Of a stretch of DNA of 64,000 nucleotides, positions 22,401-34,000 are shown in pieces (the first letter of the stretch is position 1; each line of letters starts with the position of its first letter). The stretch comes from Camelus dromedarius (lineage: Eukaryota): the NCBI RefSeq assembly GCF_036321535.1, contig NC_087447.1:8556001-8620000 (forward strand), read 5' to 3'. A program made the translations under genes and the position numbers. The notes under the pieces are model-generated. The model did not search any database, was not told the origin of the DNA, and saw nothing but the letters and a program-made list of their open reading frames with translations.

Positions 22401-25400
22401 GAATTTCTATTCACTAATAATGAACCATCAGAGAAGGAATCAGTCTCATTTACAATCACATCAAAAAGGATACCTAGGAATAAATCTAAGGAAGTAAAAG
22501 ACCTGTACTNNNNNNNNNNNNNNNNNNNNNNNNNNNNNNNNNNNNNNNNNNNNNNNNNNNNNNNNNNNNNNNNNNNNNNNNNNNNNNNNNNNNNNNNNNN
22601 NNNNNNNNNNNNNNNNNNNNNNNNNNNNNNNNNNNNNNNNNNNNNNCTGTTAAAATACTAATAGCATTTTCATTGAACTAGAACAAATCTTAAAAATTTG
22701 TACAGAAGCACAAAAGACCCCCCAATATCCAAAACAATCTTGAGAAAGAACAAGAGCTTGAGCTACCATGCTCCCTGTCTTCAGACTATACTATGAACCT
22801 ACAGTAGTCAAAACAGTATAGTCCTGGCACAAAACCGGACACATCAGTGGAACAGAAGAGACAGCCCAGAAATAAACCCACACGTGCTTAAGTTTAATTA
22901 ATCTGCAACAAAGGAAGTGTCAGTATATAATGGAGAAAAGAGTCTCTTCATAAAGTGCTGGGAAAACTGGACAGCTGCATGTAAAAGGATGAAATTAGAA
23001 CATTTTCTCACACCATATACAAAAATAAACTGAAAGTGGATTAAAGACCTAAATGTAAGACTGGAAACCATAAAACTTCTAGAAGAAAACATAGGCAGAA
23101 CGAAAGTCATGGTAATATTTTTGCATTCTCCCAAGGCAAAAGAAACAAACAAAAATAAATAAATGGGACCTAATTAAGCTTTTGCACAGCAAAGGAAACC
23201 ATCAACAAAACCAAAAAACAGCATTAAGTAGAATGGAAGAAAATATTTGCAAATGAGATGACTGATGGGTTAATACACAAAATGTATAAACAACTCATAC
23301 AACTCAACAGCAAAAAATCAACCCAATNNNNNNNNNNNNNNNNNNNNNNNNNNNNNNNNNNNNNNNNNNNNNNNNNNNNNNNNNNNNNNNNNNNNNNNNN
23401 NNNNNNNNNNNNNNNNNNNNNNNNNNNNNNNNNNNNNNNNNNNNNNNNNNNNNNNNNNNNNNNNNNNNNTGGCTATCATCAAATAGACCACAAATAACAA
23501 ATGTTGGGGAGGATGTGGAGAAAGGGGAACCCTTGTACACTATTGGTGGGAATGTAAGTTGGTGCATTCGCTGTAGAAAAACAAGTATGTAACTTCCTCA
23601 AAAAAGTCAAAATAAAACAACTGTATGATCCAGCAGTTCCACTCCTGGGTATATATCTGAAGAAAAAAAAAAAACAGCGATTCAAAAAGGTACATTCACC
23701 CCAGTGTTCCTAGCAGTATTNNNNNNNNNNNNNNNNNNNNNNNNNNNNNNNNNNNNNNNNNNNNNNNNNNNNNNNNNNNNNNNNNNNNNNNNNNNNNNNN
23801 NNNNNNNNNNNNNNNNNNNNNNNNNNNNNNNNNNNNNNNNNNNNNNNNNNNNNNNNNNNNNNNNNNNNNNNNNNNNNNNNNNNNNNNNNNNNNNNNNNNN
23901 NNNNNNNNNNNNNNNNNNNNNNNNNNNNNNNNTGAATAGACTTGGAGGATATTATGCTTAGTGAAATAAGTCAGCCAGAGAAGGACAAATACTGCATGAT
24001 ATCACTTATATATAGAATCTAAAAAATAAGACAAACTAGTGAATATAACAAAAAAAAAAAAGAAACAGACTCAAATACAAGCTAGTGGTTATCAGTGGGG
24101 AGAATGAAGGGGGAGGGGTAAGATGGGTAGGGGATTAAGAGATACAGACTACTATGTATAAAATAAGCTACAAGGATATATTGTACAGCACAGGGAATAT
24201 GGCCAATACTTTATAATAACTATAAATGGAATATAACATTTAAAAATTGTGAACCACTATGTTGTACATCTGAAACATAATATTGTAAATCAGCAATACC
24301 TCAATAAAAAAATGGAAAGAAAAAAACAAATGACTATAACCAAACAGGAACAGGCTCACAGATAGAACACACTAGTGGTTACTGATGGAAGTGGGGAGAG
24401 GCCAGAAAGAAGTAGGGTTTTAAGAGACTAAAAACTACTATTATAAAATAAATAAGCTACAGGAATATATTGTACAGGAATATTTTATAATAACTAAGTG
24501 GAGTATAATCCATAAAAATTTTGAATCACTGTGTTTTACACCTGAAACTAATAGAATATTGTAAATCAGCTATGCTGAATTAAAACAATATGTATTTTCT
24601 CCTAAAAAAATACTGAAAATTCTTGGCAGTCCACTCCACTCACATCTGTGGAATCAGAGTCTCCAAGTGTGAGACTAAGAACCTTTTTTTTTTTTTTACC
24701 TTGCTCAATTCCTCAGACTACATTGTTCTCAGTTGGGTAAGAAGAATGGCCACTAGTGGAGACAGTGGGGAACAGGAGGGGTGGAGTTTTGAGGAATCCA
24801 CTAGTTCACACATTCTTGCCCACTTGGGCTTATGCCTTCAGGCAACATCCGGTCTTGGTTCATCTTTATTCCCTGCAGCACCTAGTTAGTGGCTGATCGT
24901 GTGAAACTGAGTGAACGCCTGCATTTGTGTAAACCAGGTTTCCCAACACTGATCAAGTTAAGCAACCTCACGTATTTCATTGGGCAATATAAAGGTGCTG
25001 TGAATGCAGCTGTCTTGGTCCTAGAATCAGGGGAATTGACTGATCCTTTTGTGGTTCAGCTGAGATCCAGGGAATCCTTTGCTGAGTGAGGCCATAAACA
25101 CTGTAGCTCCTCAGGCTACAATGTATTTTGAATATCAGAATATTATTATAGATTCAAAGAAACAGGTTTGTAAATATATTTGGGTTCTTCCCCAATGCAT
25201 GTGGTTTGTGTGTGTGTGTGTGTTTGTATGTGTATACATACATTTTATTGAGGTATAGTCAGTTTACAATGTTGTGTCAATCTCTAGTTACGTGTTTTAA
25301 ATATTTAGAACTAGAGCATATATACAACAAAATATATAACACACATTTTAGTCTTCCTTGAAAGAGTGTCGTAAGTATTTTTCAGTGTTCGTACTCATTT

Positions 25401-28400
25401 GCTCATCGGTTTAGCAAGCATTTGTTATTGCTGCTGTGAACTGGTCCTCCTGGATCTGGGGATAGGGAGAGAACTCAAGAGGAGGCAGACTGGTGCAGGG
25501 TGAGAGAAATGAGGTTTATTCTGGAGATCATGAGCATCACACTTCACGCGCCAGCCAAGAGGTCTGTGATGCTCAGAGGAGAGGACTAAGCTAGAGTTAG
25601 AACTTGAGAGTCAGCAGCTTCTTGGTGAGACCATGAGGGTAGATGAAACCACCCAGGGACAGTGGGTAAAGTGAGAAAAAGAACAAGACAGGTCCCCAAG
25701 GATTCCAGGTGCATGTGGTGAAGGGAATTGTCCAAGAGACTGAGGAGGGTGGTTTAGGAAGAAGAGAGAAAAAAGAGACGTCCTTAGAAGCTGAAGTGAA
25801 AGGAATTTGGGGAAGAAAGATGTAATTTCTTGGTGTCCCTGAGAGAGGTGTGAGTTAAGATGTTAAGTGTAACATCGGCAGATGTTAATTAGATGGGGGC
25901 GGGGGTGGGTTGATTAGATCGGTGCTAGCAGTTTCAGTTGAATGGCTCAGAAGCAGTTTGGCAGTAGATGGAAGCATAAAAGGGAAATGACAAAGGAGAG
26001 AAAACCTTGTGGGCACCAATATGAACAAGAAACTGAAATTTTGACAGGATCATGTTTTTAAAATAGACATAGATATTCTTGTGTTGGCCTCCCGTGAATG
26101 CCAGTGGATCTGGATTTGAGCACCCTCGTTAGAAACCAGTGATTTAGTCCGCGGTTCTCAAGGTGTTTTCTGGGCCCCACCCTTGCATCCCTGAATGTGA
26201 CCCCTAAGAATTGGCATTTTTGAGATGCTCAACAGGTGATTCTTACTTTTCCTAACGTATAAAAACTGCTGATCCAGTGTTAGTCATTTTTCCCTTTCCT
26301 CCCAACTTGTAAATTAAAAAAAAAAAAAAACTCAAACTGTGGAGAAGTTGGGCAGATAGCATAGTGAACACGGATGTTCCTGCCGCCTAGATTGACCAGC
26401 TGTTGGCATTTTATCACATCTGCTCGCTCTCTTTTTTTTCTGAATCATTTAAAAGTAAGTGTAAACATCATGACATTTTATCCCCAGATACTTCAGCGGC
26501 ATCCGCCTAGAATAGGTCTTCTCCTGAACACCCACAACACCATTATCATGCCTAAGAAAAGTAACGGTTCTCCACCACAGCCCCATACTCAGTCTATACT
26601 CATTTCCCTAACTGTTCTTAAAAAAAAGTTTTCAGCTATTTTTCTTCAATTTAAAACCCAGGCAGCAGTCACACATTTCATTTGAATCGATTTGTCTCTT
26701 TAGTCTGCCTTTTGTTTTGTTCCTTTGTGGCATTTACTTTTTTTTTTTCCTTGAAGAGGCCAGTGCCTCTTGTACAAAGTCCTGTATTTGTCCACTGTTT
26801 TCCCTATGATTGAATTTAGGTTCAGTATTTTAACCTGTTACGTAGATGATCAATCAGTAGGTGCTTGAGATTATCTCTTTATTGGTGATACCAAGTTTGG
26901 TCACTTGTTCAAGGTGGTGACCATCACACTGAGACGTCTGTGGAGTGATGCTTTGAGTTCTTGTGAATGTCCAGTATCTTAGCCCCATGATGATCCTGGC
27001 CTGAATCATTTGAGAGATTGTGTGTGGCAAAGTGGTAATTGTCTAATTCTCTCATCCCTTCTGCATTTATTAGCTGGCATTCTTCTATAAAGAAGGAACT
27101 TTCTCTCTTTAAAATTACTGTAGAATAATAGTAAATTTTAATTCCGTGTCATATAGTCCATTACCATCATTATTCTTTATTACAATCAGATTTCCTAAAT
27201 CTGGCCACATGGAGCTACTTCAAAGCAGCTTCTGTACCCACTGAACATGACCCAATTACTCTCAGTCTCTGGGAAGTTTTGGGGAAACTGAAACTCAGAG
27301 AACTAAAATCCAGGATCTCCTAGTCACAGTCAGATAATCCTTCCAGTTCTTAAGCTTCACTGTCTTCTTCAGTCAACCTCCTTTTTTTGTCATTCGCAGT
27401 CTGCCTCACCTCCTAGTCCTCTGGTTTTCGATGCCTCTCGCATCCCTTTATCACCCATCCTTTCTGTTCAGCCAGACTCACTCCAGCTTTTTATTGCTTA
27501 ATTCCTTCCCTCTGTAGTTTTTCTTTCTCTGCATAAGACATCCTTTTGTCCTGCCCTTGCAAGCATTCCTCCTCTCTGTTTTCTTCAGCCTTCTCCCTCC
27601 CAAGTCTTTATTTTCTCCCCCCATTCATTTCCAGTTTCCAACTCCCCTGCTGCTTCCTCTGCATATCCCACCGATTCCTAACTTTATCACCACCAGAGTT
27701 CCCTTCTATTAGTTTTCTTTCACAGACTTCCATTTAAAATCTTTTATATGCCAGATTGCATTGTTTTTCCATTTTTGTTAAGCACAGCCATTCATAGTTG
27801 CCAATATGAATGAGCTTTAATTGAGTTTGACGTGACAGATGCATCCTCACTGAGAAATGTAACCATAGCCAGAAGCCAGGACACCTGATACGCTGGTTAG
27901 CCTCTCTGACATAAATATCCAGGCTCTTGTATTTGGACAGAGAGTAGCTCGCCATCCTTATGACCACCTTACCAGGACCCTGGGCTTGCAGCCACTGGCC
28001 CAGCCTTTCCTCTCACTTTCCCACTTGATTACCAGGCTCCACCAACATTTCTGCCCTTACAGCTCACAAAGGTCTCTGCTCCCAGCTCTCCTTGCAAAGA
28101 CTGGGCTTTATATTTGGTTTTTAGGATTGCATATGCAGGTTAGCTGGGAAATGCTGTATTTTCCACAGCAGTGTATCAAGAGATTGCTATTCTTCTCTGT
28201 GCCCTGAAAGACATGTTCTCCTGATACAGGGCTTTTCTTATCCCTTGACTTTCTGTTCATATCATCAGGTTTTTCTTCCTTTCTCACGCAGAACCAGGAC
28301 ATCCTGACCATAATGGTCTGTGAACCTTTCCCTCTTATTACAAATGCAATACTGTTTATTAGACAAAACAAAATAAATACTGATGAGCAAAAATTATAAT

Positions 28401-28955
28401 AGCTAACATTTTGGGTCCTCTTAGTATGGGCTGGACACTTTATATAACTCATTTACAACTGACAACAACTGGAGAGGTAGGGCTTGTGTTATCCTCATTT
28501 TTCCTTCCTTTGCAGTTGAGGAAAATGAGACTTGAGGTGAAGCGACTGATGTAGGGCCCTAAGCTAAAAAGTTGCACAGCTGATTTTCAAACCAGAGCCA
28601 AGACTTTTTTATATTCCCCTTTCAGAGCTTTTTTCTATACACAAATATATATATATATACACAGAAAAATGGTATCACACTATATATAAACAATTTTATA
28701 TTGTAATTGTCTTTCCATGTCAGTAAATATACTTCAACAGTGTTTTTTTTAATCCAGTGTCATTCTGTTTCCCCTCCTCCCGGCCTTGTCCCCAGGATCG
28801 ACGAGAACGTGCTGGGAGCCCAGCTGGATGTNNNNNNNNNNNNNNNNNNNNNNNNNNNNNNNNNNNNNNNNNNNNNNNNNNNNNNNNNNNNNNNNNNNNN
28901 NNNNNNNNNNNNNNNNNNNNNNNNNNNNNNNNNNNNNNNNNNNNNNNNNNNNNNN
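7357..28955 (+). CDS. STX5: Syntaxin-5 (Golgi Qa-SNARE); short isoform 301 aa from ATG 7519, long isoform ~355 aa with start masked
   Basis: Visible coding: 7480-7581, 8700-8770, 8937-8992, 9111-9181, 13170-13286, 13363-13419, 13602-13683, 14170-14276, 14447-14568, 28796-28831. Translation includes [78 protein letters not shown]. Start 7357 and stop 28955 fall in N-runs and are inferred from recalled ortholog lengths. Confidence 0.95.
8205..8428 (-). mobile_element. MIR relic, followed by a young SINE insertion
   Basis: CCATTTATTTAGTGCTTAC...CATTTCATAGAAGAGGAAATAGAGATTCAGA...GATTTGAACCCAGG. Confidence 0.65.
8431..8530 (+). mobile_element. tRNA-derived SINE (Vic-1-like)
   Basis: GTATAGCTCAGTGGCAGAGCACATGCTTAGCATGCATGAGGTCCTGGGTTCAATCC plus poly-A tail. 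Confidence 0.9.
9640..9958 (+). mobile_element. L2 3' end relic
   Basis: L2-like: GTCTGGCATATAGTAGGTAGCCAATATTTGTTGACTGAATGA. Confidence 0.6.
10500..11450 (-). mobile_element. L2 relic (approximate bounds)
   Basis: Antisense L2-like text (TTATTGAGTGAC..., GTCCCTGCCCTT..., GAATGGTAGTGCCATTTACC) interrupted by other fragments. Confidence 0.5.
11880..12330 (-). mobile_element. L1 3' UTR fragment, partly masked
   Basis: TTGAAGTATTGTCAGTTTACAATGTTGTG...TTCCCCACTGGTGACCATAAGTTTG is the reverse complement of the same 3' UTR type seen at 24030-24310. Ns at 12173-12330. Confidence 0.85.
12701..12780 (-). mobile_element. tRNA-derived SINE (Vic-1-like), tail absent
   Basis: GGAGGTACTGGGGATTGAACCTAGGACC...CTCTACCACTTGAGCTACACCC. 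Confidence 0.85.
13930..14115 (-). mobile_element. MIR relic
   Basis: TTATCCCCATTTTACAGATGAGGAATCTGAGGCTCAGAGAGGTTAAATGAC...GTCACAAGGCTAGTAAGTG. Confidence 0.8.
14720..16600 (-). mobile_element. L2 relic(s) interrupted by a SINE (approximate bounds)
   Basis: CACTCAACAAGTGTTAGAGAG...GGCACTGCTCTAGG, TTTGGCTTTTACTCTGAATGA and TCATTTGGTTGCTGT are L2-like. Confidence 0.55.
15452..15563 (-). mobile_element. tRNA-derived SINE (Vic-1-like) with (TTCA)n tail
   Basis: (TTCA)n followed by GGAGGCACTGGGGATTGAACCCAGG...CTACCACTGAGCTGTACCC. Confidence 0.88.
16660..17640 (-). mobile_element. Old L1 (L1M-type) internal fragment, antisense
   Basis: ATTTAATGTAATTTTTGATAAGGTCAGATTTAGGCCTACCATTTT; the minus-strand frames give L1-like [20 protein letters not shown] and [10 protein letters not shown]. 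Confidence 0.7.
17656..17674. repeat. (TG)n microsatellite
   Basis: About 9 perfect TG units. Confidence 0.9.
18563..18620. mobile_element. MER5-type hAT element, left arm (split by the L1)
   Basis: CAGTGGTTGCCAAA...GAGCTTATAAAAACTGA resembles a MER5 terminus; the remainder appears to continue at ~24603-24715. Confidence 0.5.
18621..24600 (+). mobile_element. Near-full-length decayed LINE-1 (partial 5'UTR, ORF1, spacer, ORF2, two 3' UTR modules) in STX5 intron 10
   Basis: ORF1 remnants ~18908-19776 ([19 protein letters not shown]). ORF2 remnants ~20247-24022: endonuclease ([10 protein letters not shown]), RT region ([20 protein letters not shown]), C-terminus [12 protein letters not shown]. 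Many stops and frameshifts, five internal N-runs. Confidence 0.93.
24603..24715. mobile_element. MER5-type element, right arm
   Basis: AAAAATACTGAAAATTCTTGG...GAATCAGAGTCTCC resembles the MER5 interior. Confidence 0.45.
26300..27260 (-). mobile_element. Old L1 3' region (L1M-type), approximate
   Basis: TTGGTGATACCAAGTTTGGTCACTTG...GGTGGTGACC and related L1M 3'-end-like text. Confidence 0.5.
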
Positions 28956-28963
28956 NNNNNNNN
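28832..28963. other. N-run hiding the STX5 transmembrane-domain coding region and stop
   Basis: 132 Ns, versus 124 coding nt expected, leaving ~8 nt of UTR. Confidence 0.9.
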
Positions 28964-30859
28964 CACTCTGAGGCACTCCGTGAGGGTTTGGAACTCTCCT
29001 GGGAGGGCAGGTTGCCAGAGCTGCCCGGAGCCTGTGCAGGGTGCTTGGGAGAAAGGCCCTGTTTCCTTGGAGCTGCTGAGAATGGCCACTGCCCCTGATC
29101 CCCCACTCCTTGCCTCTGGCCACCCTGTCCTCCCCTCATCACCCTCAGGCCCACGAAACACACGGTTCTGGATTTGGACTCTGCTGTGAAGTGGCTGGAA
29201 GGGAGCAGAGGCCAACTGGGGGGCCCGTCGGGGAGGTTGTCTCCACTGGGAGATTTTTATAAACCCATCCTAGCCTGTCCCAAAGGAAACTTTGGCAGCA
29301 AGGGGAGAGATGCCCCTCTCCACCTTCGTGAGAGTGAGGAGAGGAAGTGAAACTGCCCCAGGGACCAACTTTCCCATCTGGGTTAGAATTTGACCTTTTT
29401 CTTCTTCCTCTCTTCACCATGTGAGGCAGAGGGGCTTGAGCCCTCAGCTGCCTGCACAACCCCAACTTTGGGTGCGTGTGACTCTCGATCTGCCAAATGC
29501 GCTGCAGGTCGTTTTCTCCCAATTATAACAAGACTGTCAGCCTCGTTAGCCATGTCGTCATTTCTGGGTGGGAGCGTCGAAGGGCCTAGGCAGCACGTGG
29601 AGTGAGCCCAGTGCCCAGTACCAGAACTGAAAGGGTTGAGCTGATGGTTCTGAGGGGCCAGGCTTTGCGCTCTGTGCGTACAGCTGCCCCCAGCAGGGGA
29701 TAACCAAGCACAGCAGCACTGAGTTAGCATGGAAACTTCCCTCCAAAGGGGGCACAGGAGCCCAGAGTGGGCCCCTAATTGGTGGCAACTTCCAGGACCA
29801 TCTCCAGCAGTATTCCAACCTGTTTCATCTGCATCCTCCAGCCAGTTGGCCCCCAATTTTTCTTGGACTGGAAGAAGCAGGAGCTCTGCCTGCTGCCAGG
29901 AGTGGAAGAGGAAGTGAAGAATTTGTTCCCAGCTCCAGCTGAGGCTCTTGGTCCCCTCAAAGCCCGTCTTCAAATCCAGGCTAGTCACAGGAGAATGAAG
30001 GCAAGACCTACCTGGAATACCTACCCTCCAGGGGGATTAATATGATTGTCAGTCCTGACCAGGACCCACAACCACATCATTCTGAGGTCAACAGAGTTCC
30101 CCCGTTTCACACACCCCAAAGGAAGTTTAAGCTATAGGGACAACAATCACCATACACTGGCCTGGCCCTAGTACTTTGTGGGGTCAGGGAGAGCCCATGT
30201 CTTTCCTAGCCCTGGCATTTTAATATTTCCTCTTCCCTTGGCCTGTTTTCAGCAGATGGTCTTGATTGCATCTTCACTGCCCAGTTGACCCATGATGTGG
30301 GTTTAGCACAACATATCAGTGGTGGCTGGGGAGATTTGTGAAGACAGCTAAAGTCTGACAAATTCAGTTTCTTTAATTTGACCTAGCAACTCTTCTTGGG
30401 GGGAATGCATAGAATGGAAATCAATTTGTTTCACAAATATTTGTTGAGTTCTACTACGTGCTAGGCTTGGTACGGAGCCAGGTGCCGGAGGAAAAAAAGC
30501 AATGCTTTTGTTAAGTTCGTGCTCTCTTGGAGGTTAGGTTCTAGTTTTGTTTTATTTTGTAGGCGAGGATAGCGAGGCATAGATCTCTACAGGTGGCAAA
30601 GGGCTGAGCTGAGACTTAAGCCCTTGGCTGGATCCCCCTAGGAGTCTATGAGCTGTCACTCGCGCTCCGAGGCCCTACTCTCCCATTCCTCGGAAGCCCT
30701 TCGCGTGGCCCCTCTTCCCTGTTCCTCTCCGAGTCCTGTGCTGCAACAACCAGCTCTATGCTTCAGCACGATCCCTGAAAGTGCTGGCCTAGCAGGGCTG
30801 ATGGATGAAAGCAGGAGCGGGGCGAACCCGCGGGAACCCTTGGCTTCCAGAGCTCAGGT

Positions 30860-31096
30860 CCTGGGCGGGGCGTGCTGCACCAAGTCCCGCCCCTAGCGCG
30901 TCTGCTCGTCGACTGCGCACGCGCATCGCCCAGCGGCTCCGCCTATCGCCGTGGGACGTCGGCGGCGCGCGACGTGCTCGCCCCATAAATGCGGTGGAGC
31001 TGAAAGTAGGAACACTTCGGCCCGGGGCGTCAGGGGTTTGGACGTTTGGCTGTGTCGCGCCCCGCGACAGAGCCCGCCCCTGCTTCTCGCTGTGCC
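30860..31096 (+). promoter_or_regulatory. NXF1 CpG-island promoter/5'UTR
   Basis: GC boxes (GGGCGGGG, CCCGCCCC) and NRF1-like TGCGCACGCGCA (~30914-30925). Confidence 0.7.
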
Positions 31097-34000
31097 ATGG
31101 CGGACGAGGGGAAGTCGTACAACGGTCAGTGTCGGCCCTCGGGTCGGGGAGCGGGGCGATCTGGGGCCCGACTGGGCAACGCCGGCCTAGGCCGCAGCGC
31201 CGGGGCGTGAGGCCGCGAGGGGCTCGGTGTCCGCGGGGAGCGGCGATGGCGCGGCGCGGGCCCGGGGCTAGGCAGCCCGGGGGCCTGGCTGAACTCGAGG
31301 GTGGGTGACCGCCCGAGTTGTTGACTCCGGAATCGTGGCGTTGCGAGCATCTGCGTCTCGGAGCGGGTGGCTCGGTGGGAGGGTGACGAGATTCCTTTGA
31401 ACTTTGTGGGTGGTTGATGCCTGTCAGTTCAGTTTGGCAGCCCAACTCTTTAATGTGAGTCAGTTCCCTGCTCTTGGGCTGCCTGTGCCCTATTTTCTAC
31501 CGCGCGTCCAAGCAGGTCTTGCCCCCTCCCCCACCCCCGCGGCTTTGGCTTAATATTTTGGATCTGCACACCAACTCGATGTATCCAGAGTCGTGGTTAG
31601 GAGCAGGACAGCTAAGGTTTCAATCCTGAGTTGGCTATGCCAAGTTTGAGTGAGTTAAACACTTAGGCCTCATTTTCCACTCCGTTAATGACGGTAGAAG
31701 CAGTTCCTATCTCCTAAGGTTGTCTCCGTATGTGTGTATGTTAAAACAAGATCGTTTGTGTCAAGTGTCTGGAGCATAGTGCCTGGCACTGGAGAAAGTT
31801 TTCAGTGAATGTTAGCTGTGCCTTCTATTCATTTTTTTATTGAGGTTCATTGTTTGCAGAGTACTACGCATTAGGCAGACCTTTTGGGGAAGTCATGGAT
31901 CTTTTTTAAGAAGCCGTTCCTACGTGCCAGGATTCAGAGGGTCATATTCCTGGAGAGCACTTGAGGACCCTTCATGTGAAGCACCCTAGCTGCCACTAGA
32001 ACCTGAATTCAGGAGTTGACTCTTGAGTTAAAAGGCATTTCTGTCCAAGGAGACAAAGAGCTCCCTCCCTAAACTTCAGAGTGGCAATTTGAGAACAAGA
32101 CTTTTAAAAGACCTTAAATTGGTCATATTTGTAACTAATGTTTGTACTGTATAAAGGCTATTATTCTTTACTGAAAGTTAATGCAATCATTGTGATTGGT
32201 TTCCCGAGATATGAGGCAGGTCACCTTGGAGTTAAGTAGATTTGGGGGAGCCGACAAAAACCAGATTTCAGGTGACTTTCAGGGGGTCAGGGTTGTGTCT
32301 GGTTACACTTGGATCACTCACACTTCCACCTTCACTTCAGAGTGGCAGTTTGAGAACAAGACTTTTTTTTAAATTATTTTTTTAGTTGAAGTAAGGTTGG
32401 TTTACAATATATTAGTTTTAGGTGTAAGCATAGAGATTCAGTATTTTTATAGATTATACTCCATAAAAAGTTACTACAAAATAGTGGGTTTCATTCCCTG
32501 TGCTGTACAATATATCCTTGTTGCTTGTCTGTTTTATACTAATAGTCTTTATCTCTTAATCCCATGACTTTAGCTTGCCCTTCTCCCCCTTCCCACTCTC
32601 TACTGGTACCACTAGTTTGTGTTCTATATCTGTGAATTTCTGTTTTGTTAGGTACATTTGTTTTATTTTTTAGATTCCACATACAAGTGATATTGTACAG
32701 TATTTGTCTTTGACTTATTTTACTGAGTGTAATATTCTCNNNNNNNNNNNNNNNNNNNNNNNNNNNNNNNNNNNNNNNNNNNNNNNNNNNNNNNNNNNNN
32801 NNNNNNNNNNNNNNNNNNNNNNNNNNNNNNNNNNNNNNNNNNNNNNNNNNNNNNNNNNNNNNNNNNNNNNNNNNNNNNNNNNNNNNNNTAGTATTGCTAT
32901 GAACATTGGGATGCATGTAAGTTTTTAAATTAGTATTTTCATTTTCTCTGGATATATAACCAGGAGTGGAATTGGTGGATCATACGATAGTTCTATTTTT
33001 AGTTTTTTGAGGAGAGGACAAAACTTTTAAAAGAAGCCCTGACATTTGCACTGGACAGGCAAAAGAAGTATTATTTACTGAAAGATGATGTAATCATTGT
33101 GATTGGTTTTTTCCGGGGTGTCAGTGATCTAATTTTGAGTGGGGTTGAGTAGATTTGGGAGGCTGAGAGAAAGCAGATTTCAGGTGATTTTAGGGGGTCT
33201 GAGTTGTGTCCCGTTACACTTGTAACACTCATGCTTCCACATTCTGCTTCTCCTCTCTGTACCTCCAGTTTCTGCTTCATTTTTCTAAAGACTTATACAC
33301 AGTTTTCTAATAATTTTTCCCTGATGCTGCCATCTCACAGAGAGCATTCTGTTTCTGGACAGGTAGGGGAGTTTGCGTGGAGGCAGCGTCTCTAGTGATT
33401 GTGTATCTCATCTGATAGTTCAGGGTGCAGGATACTGTGGTTGCCAAGCAGGGTAGTTGAACCAATGATGTATTTTCTGATCTGTGTTCTGTTTCCAACC
33501 GCAGAGCACTATGATCGAGTTACTTTCCCTCAAAGAAGAAAGAAAGGCCGGGGCCCTTTCCGGTGGAAGTATGGCGAGGGGAACCGGAGGTCTGGACGAG
33601 GGGGTTCTGGCATTCGGTCTTCCCGCCTTGAGGAAGATGACAGAGACGTGGCAATGAGTGACGCCCAGGATACTCCCCGAGTACGATAGTAAGTAACCAG
33701 TTGGTCTGGTTTGAATGTAGCGACTCATTCATTTATGTAGCCCTCTTACTGTCCATGTCATTTCTCTTCCCACCTGGAAGAGGGAGAAATGTCAGGACTA
33801 GCTTAATGTTTGAACAGTCTTAGTTATGGTCGTGAGTGACAACAGCACAGGAAGGTCTTTGAGAAGACATCCTAACCTTCATGAATGTTTTATTCTCTCG
33901 TTGCCCACAGCAACCCCTATAGCGCACGACCCAACCGTCGGGGTGAAAGCTGGCATGATCGAGACCGCATTCACGTCACTGTGCGGAGTGATAGAGCTCC

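Noticed and set aside
18977-23152. ORF-track entries in the L1 as intact host or L1 genes
   Set aside because: They are fragments of ORF1/ORF2 broken by stops and frameshifts; the element is not retrotransposition-competent.
29383-29988. 201-aa minus-strand ORF ending in an NLS-like RKKKKVKF, downstream of STX5
   Set aside because: GTG start and no recognisable homology; the basic tail is the translation of a T/C-rich tract. About one ORF of this length is plausible by chance in six frames of 64 kb. Codon-level conservation would reopen it.
33084-33170. Possible C/D box snoRNA in the NXF1 intron 1 duplicate (TGATGT...CTGA)
   Set aside because: Box C is imperfect, there is no terminal stem, and the paralogous unit lacks the box.
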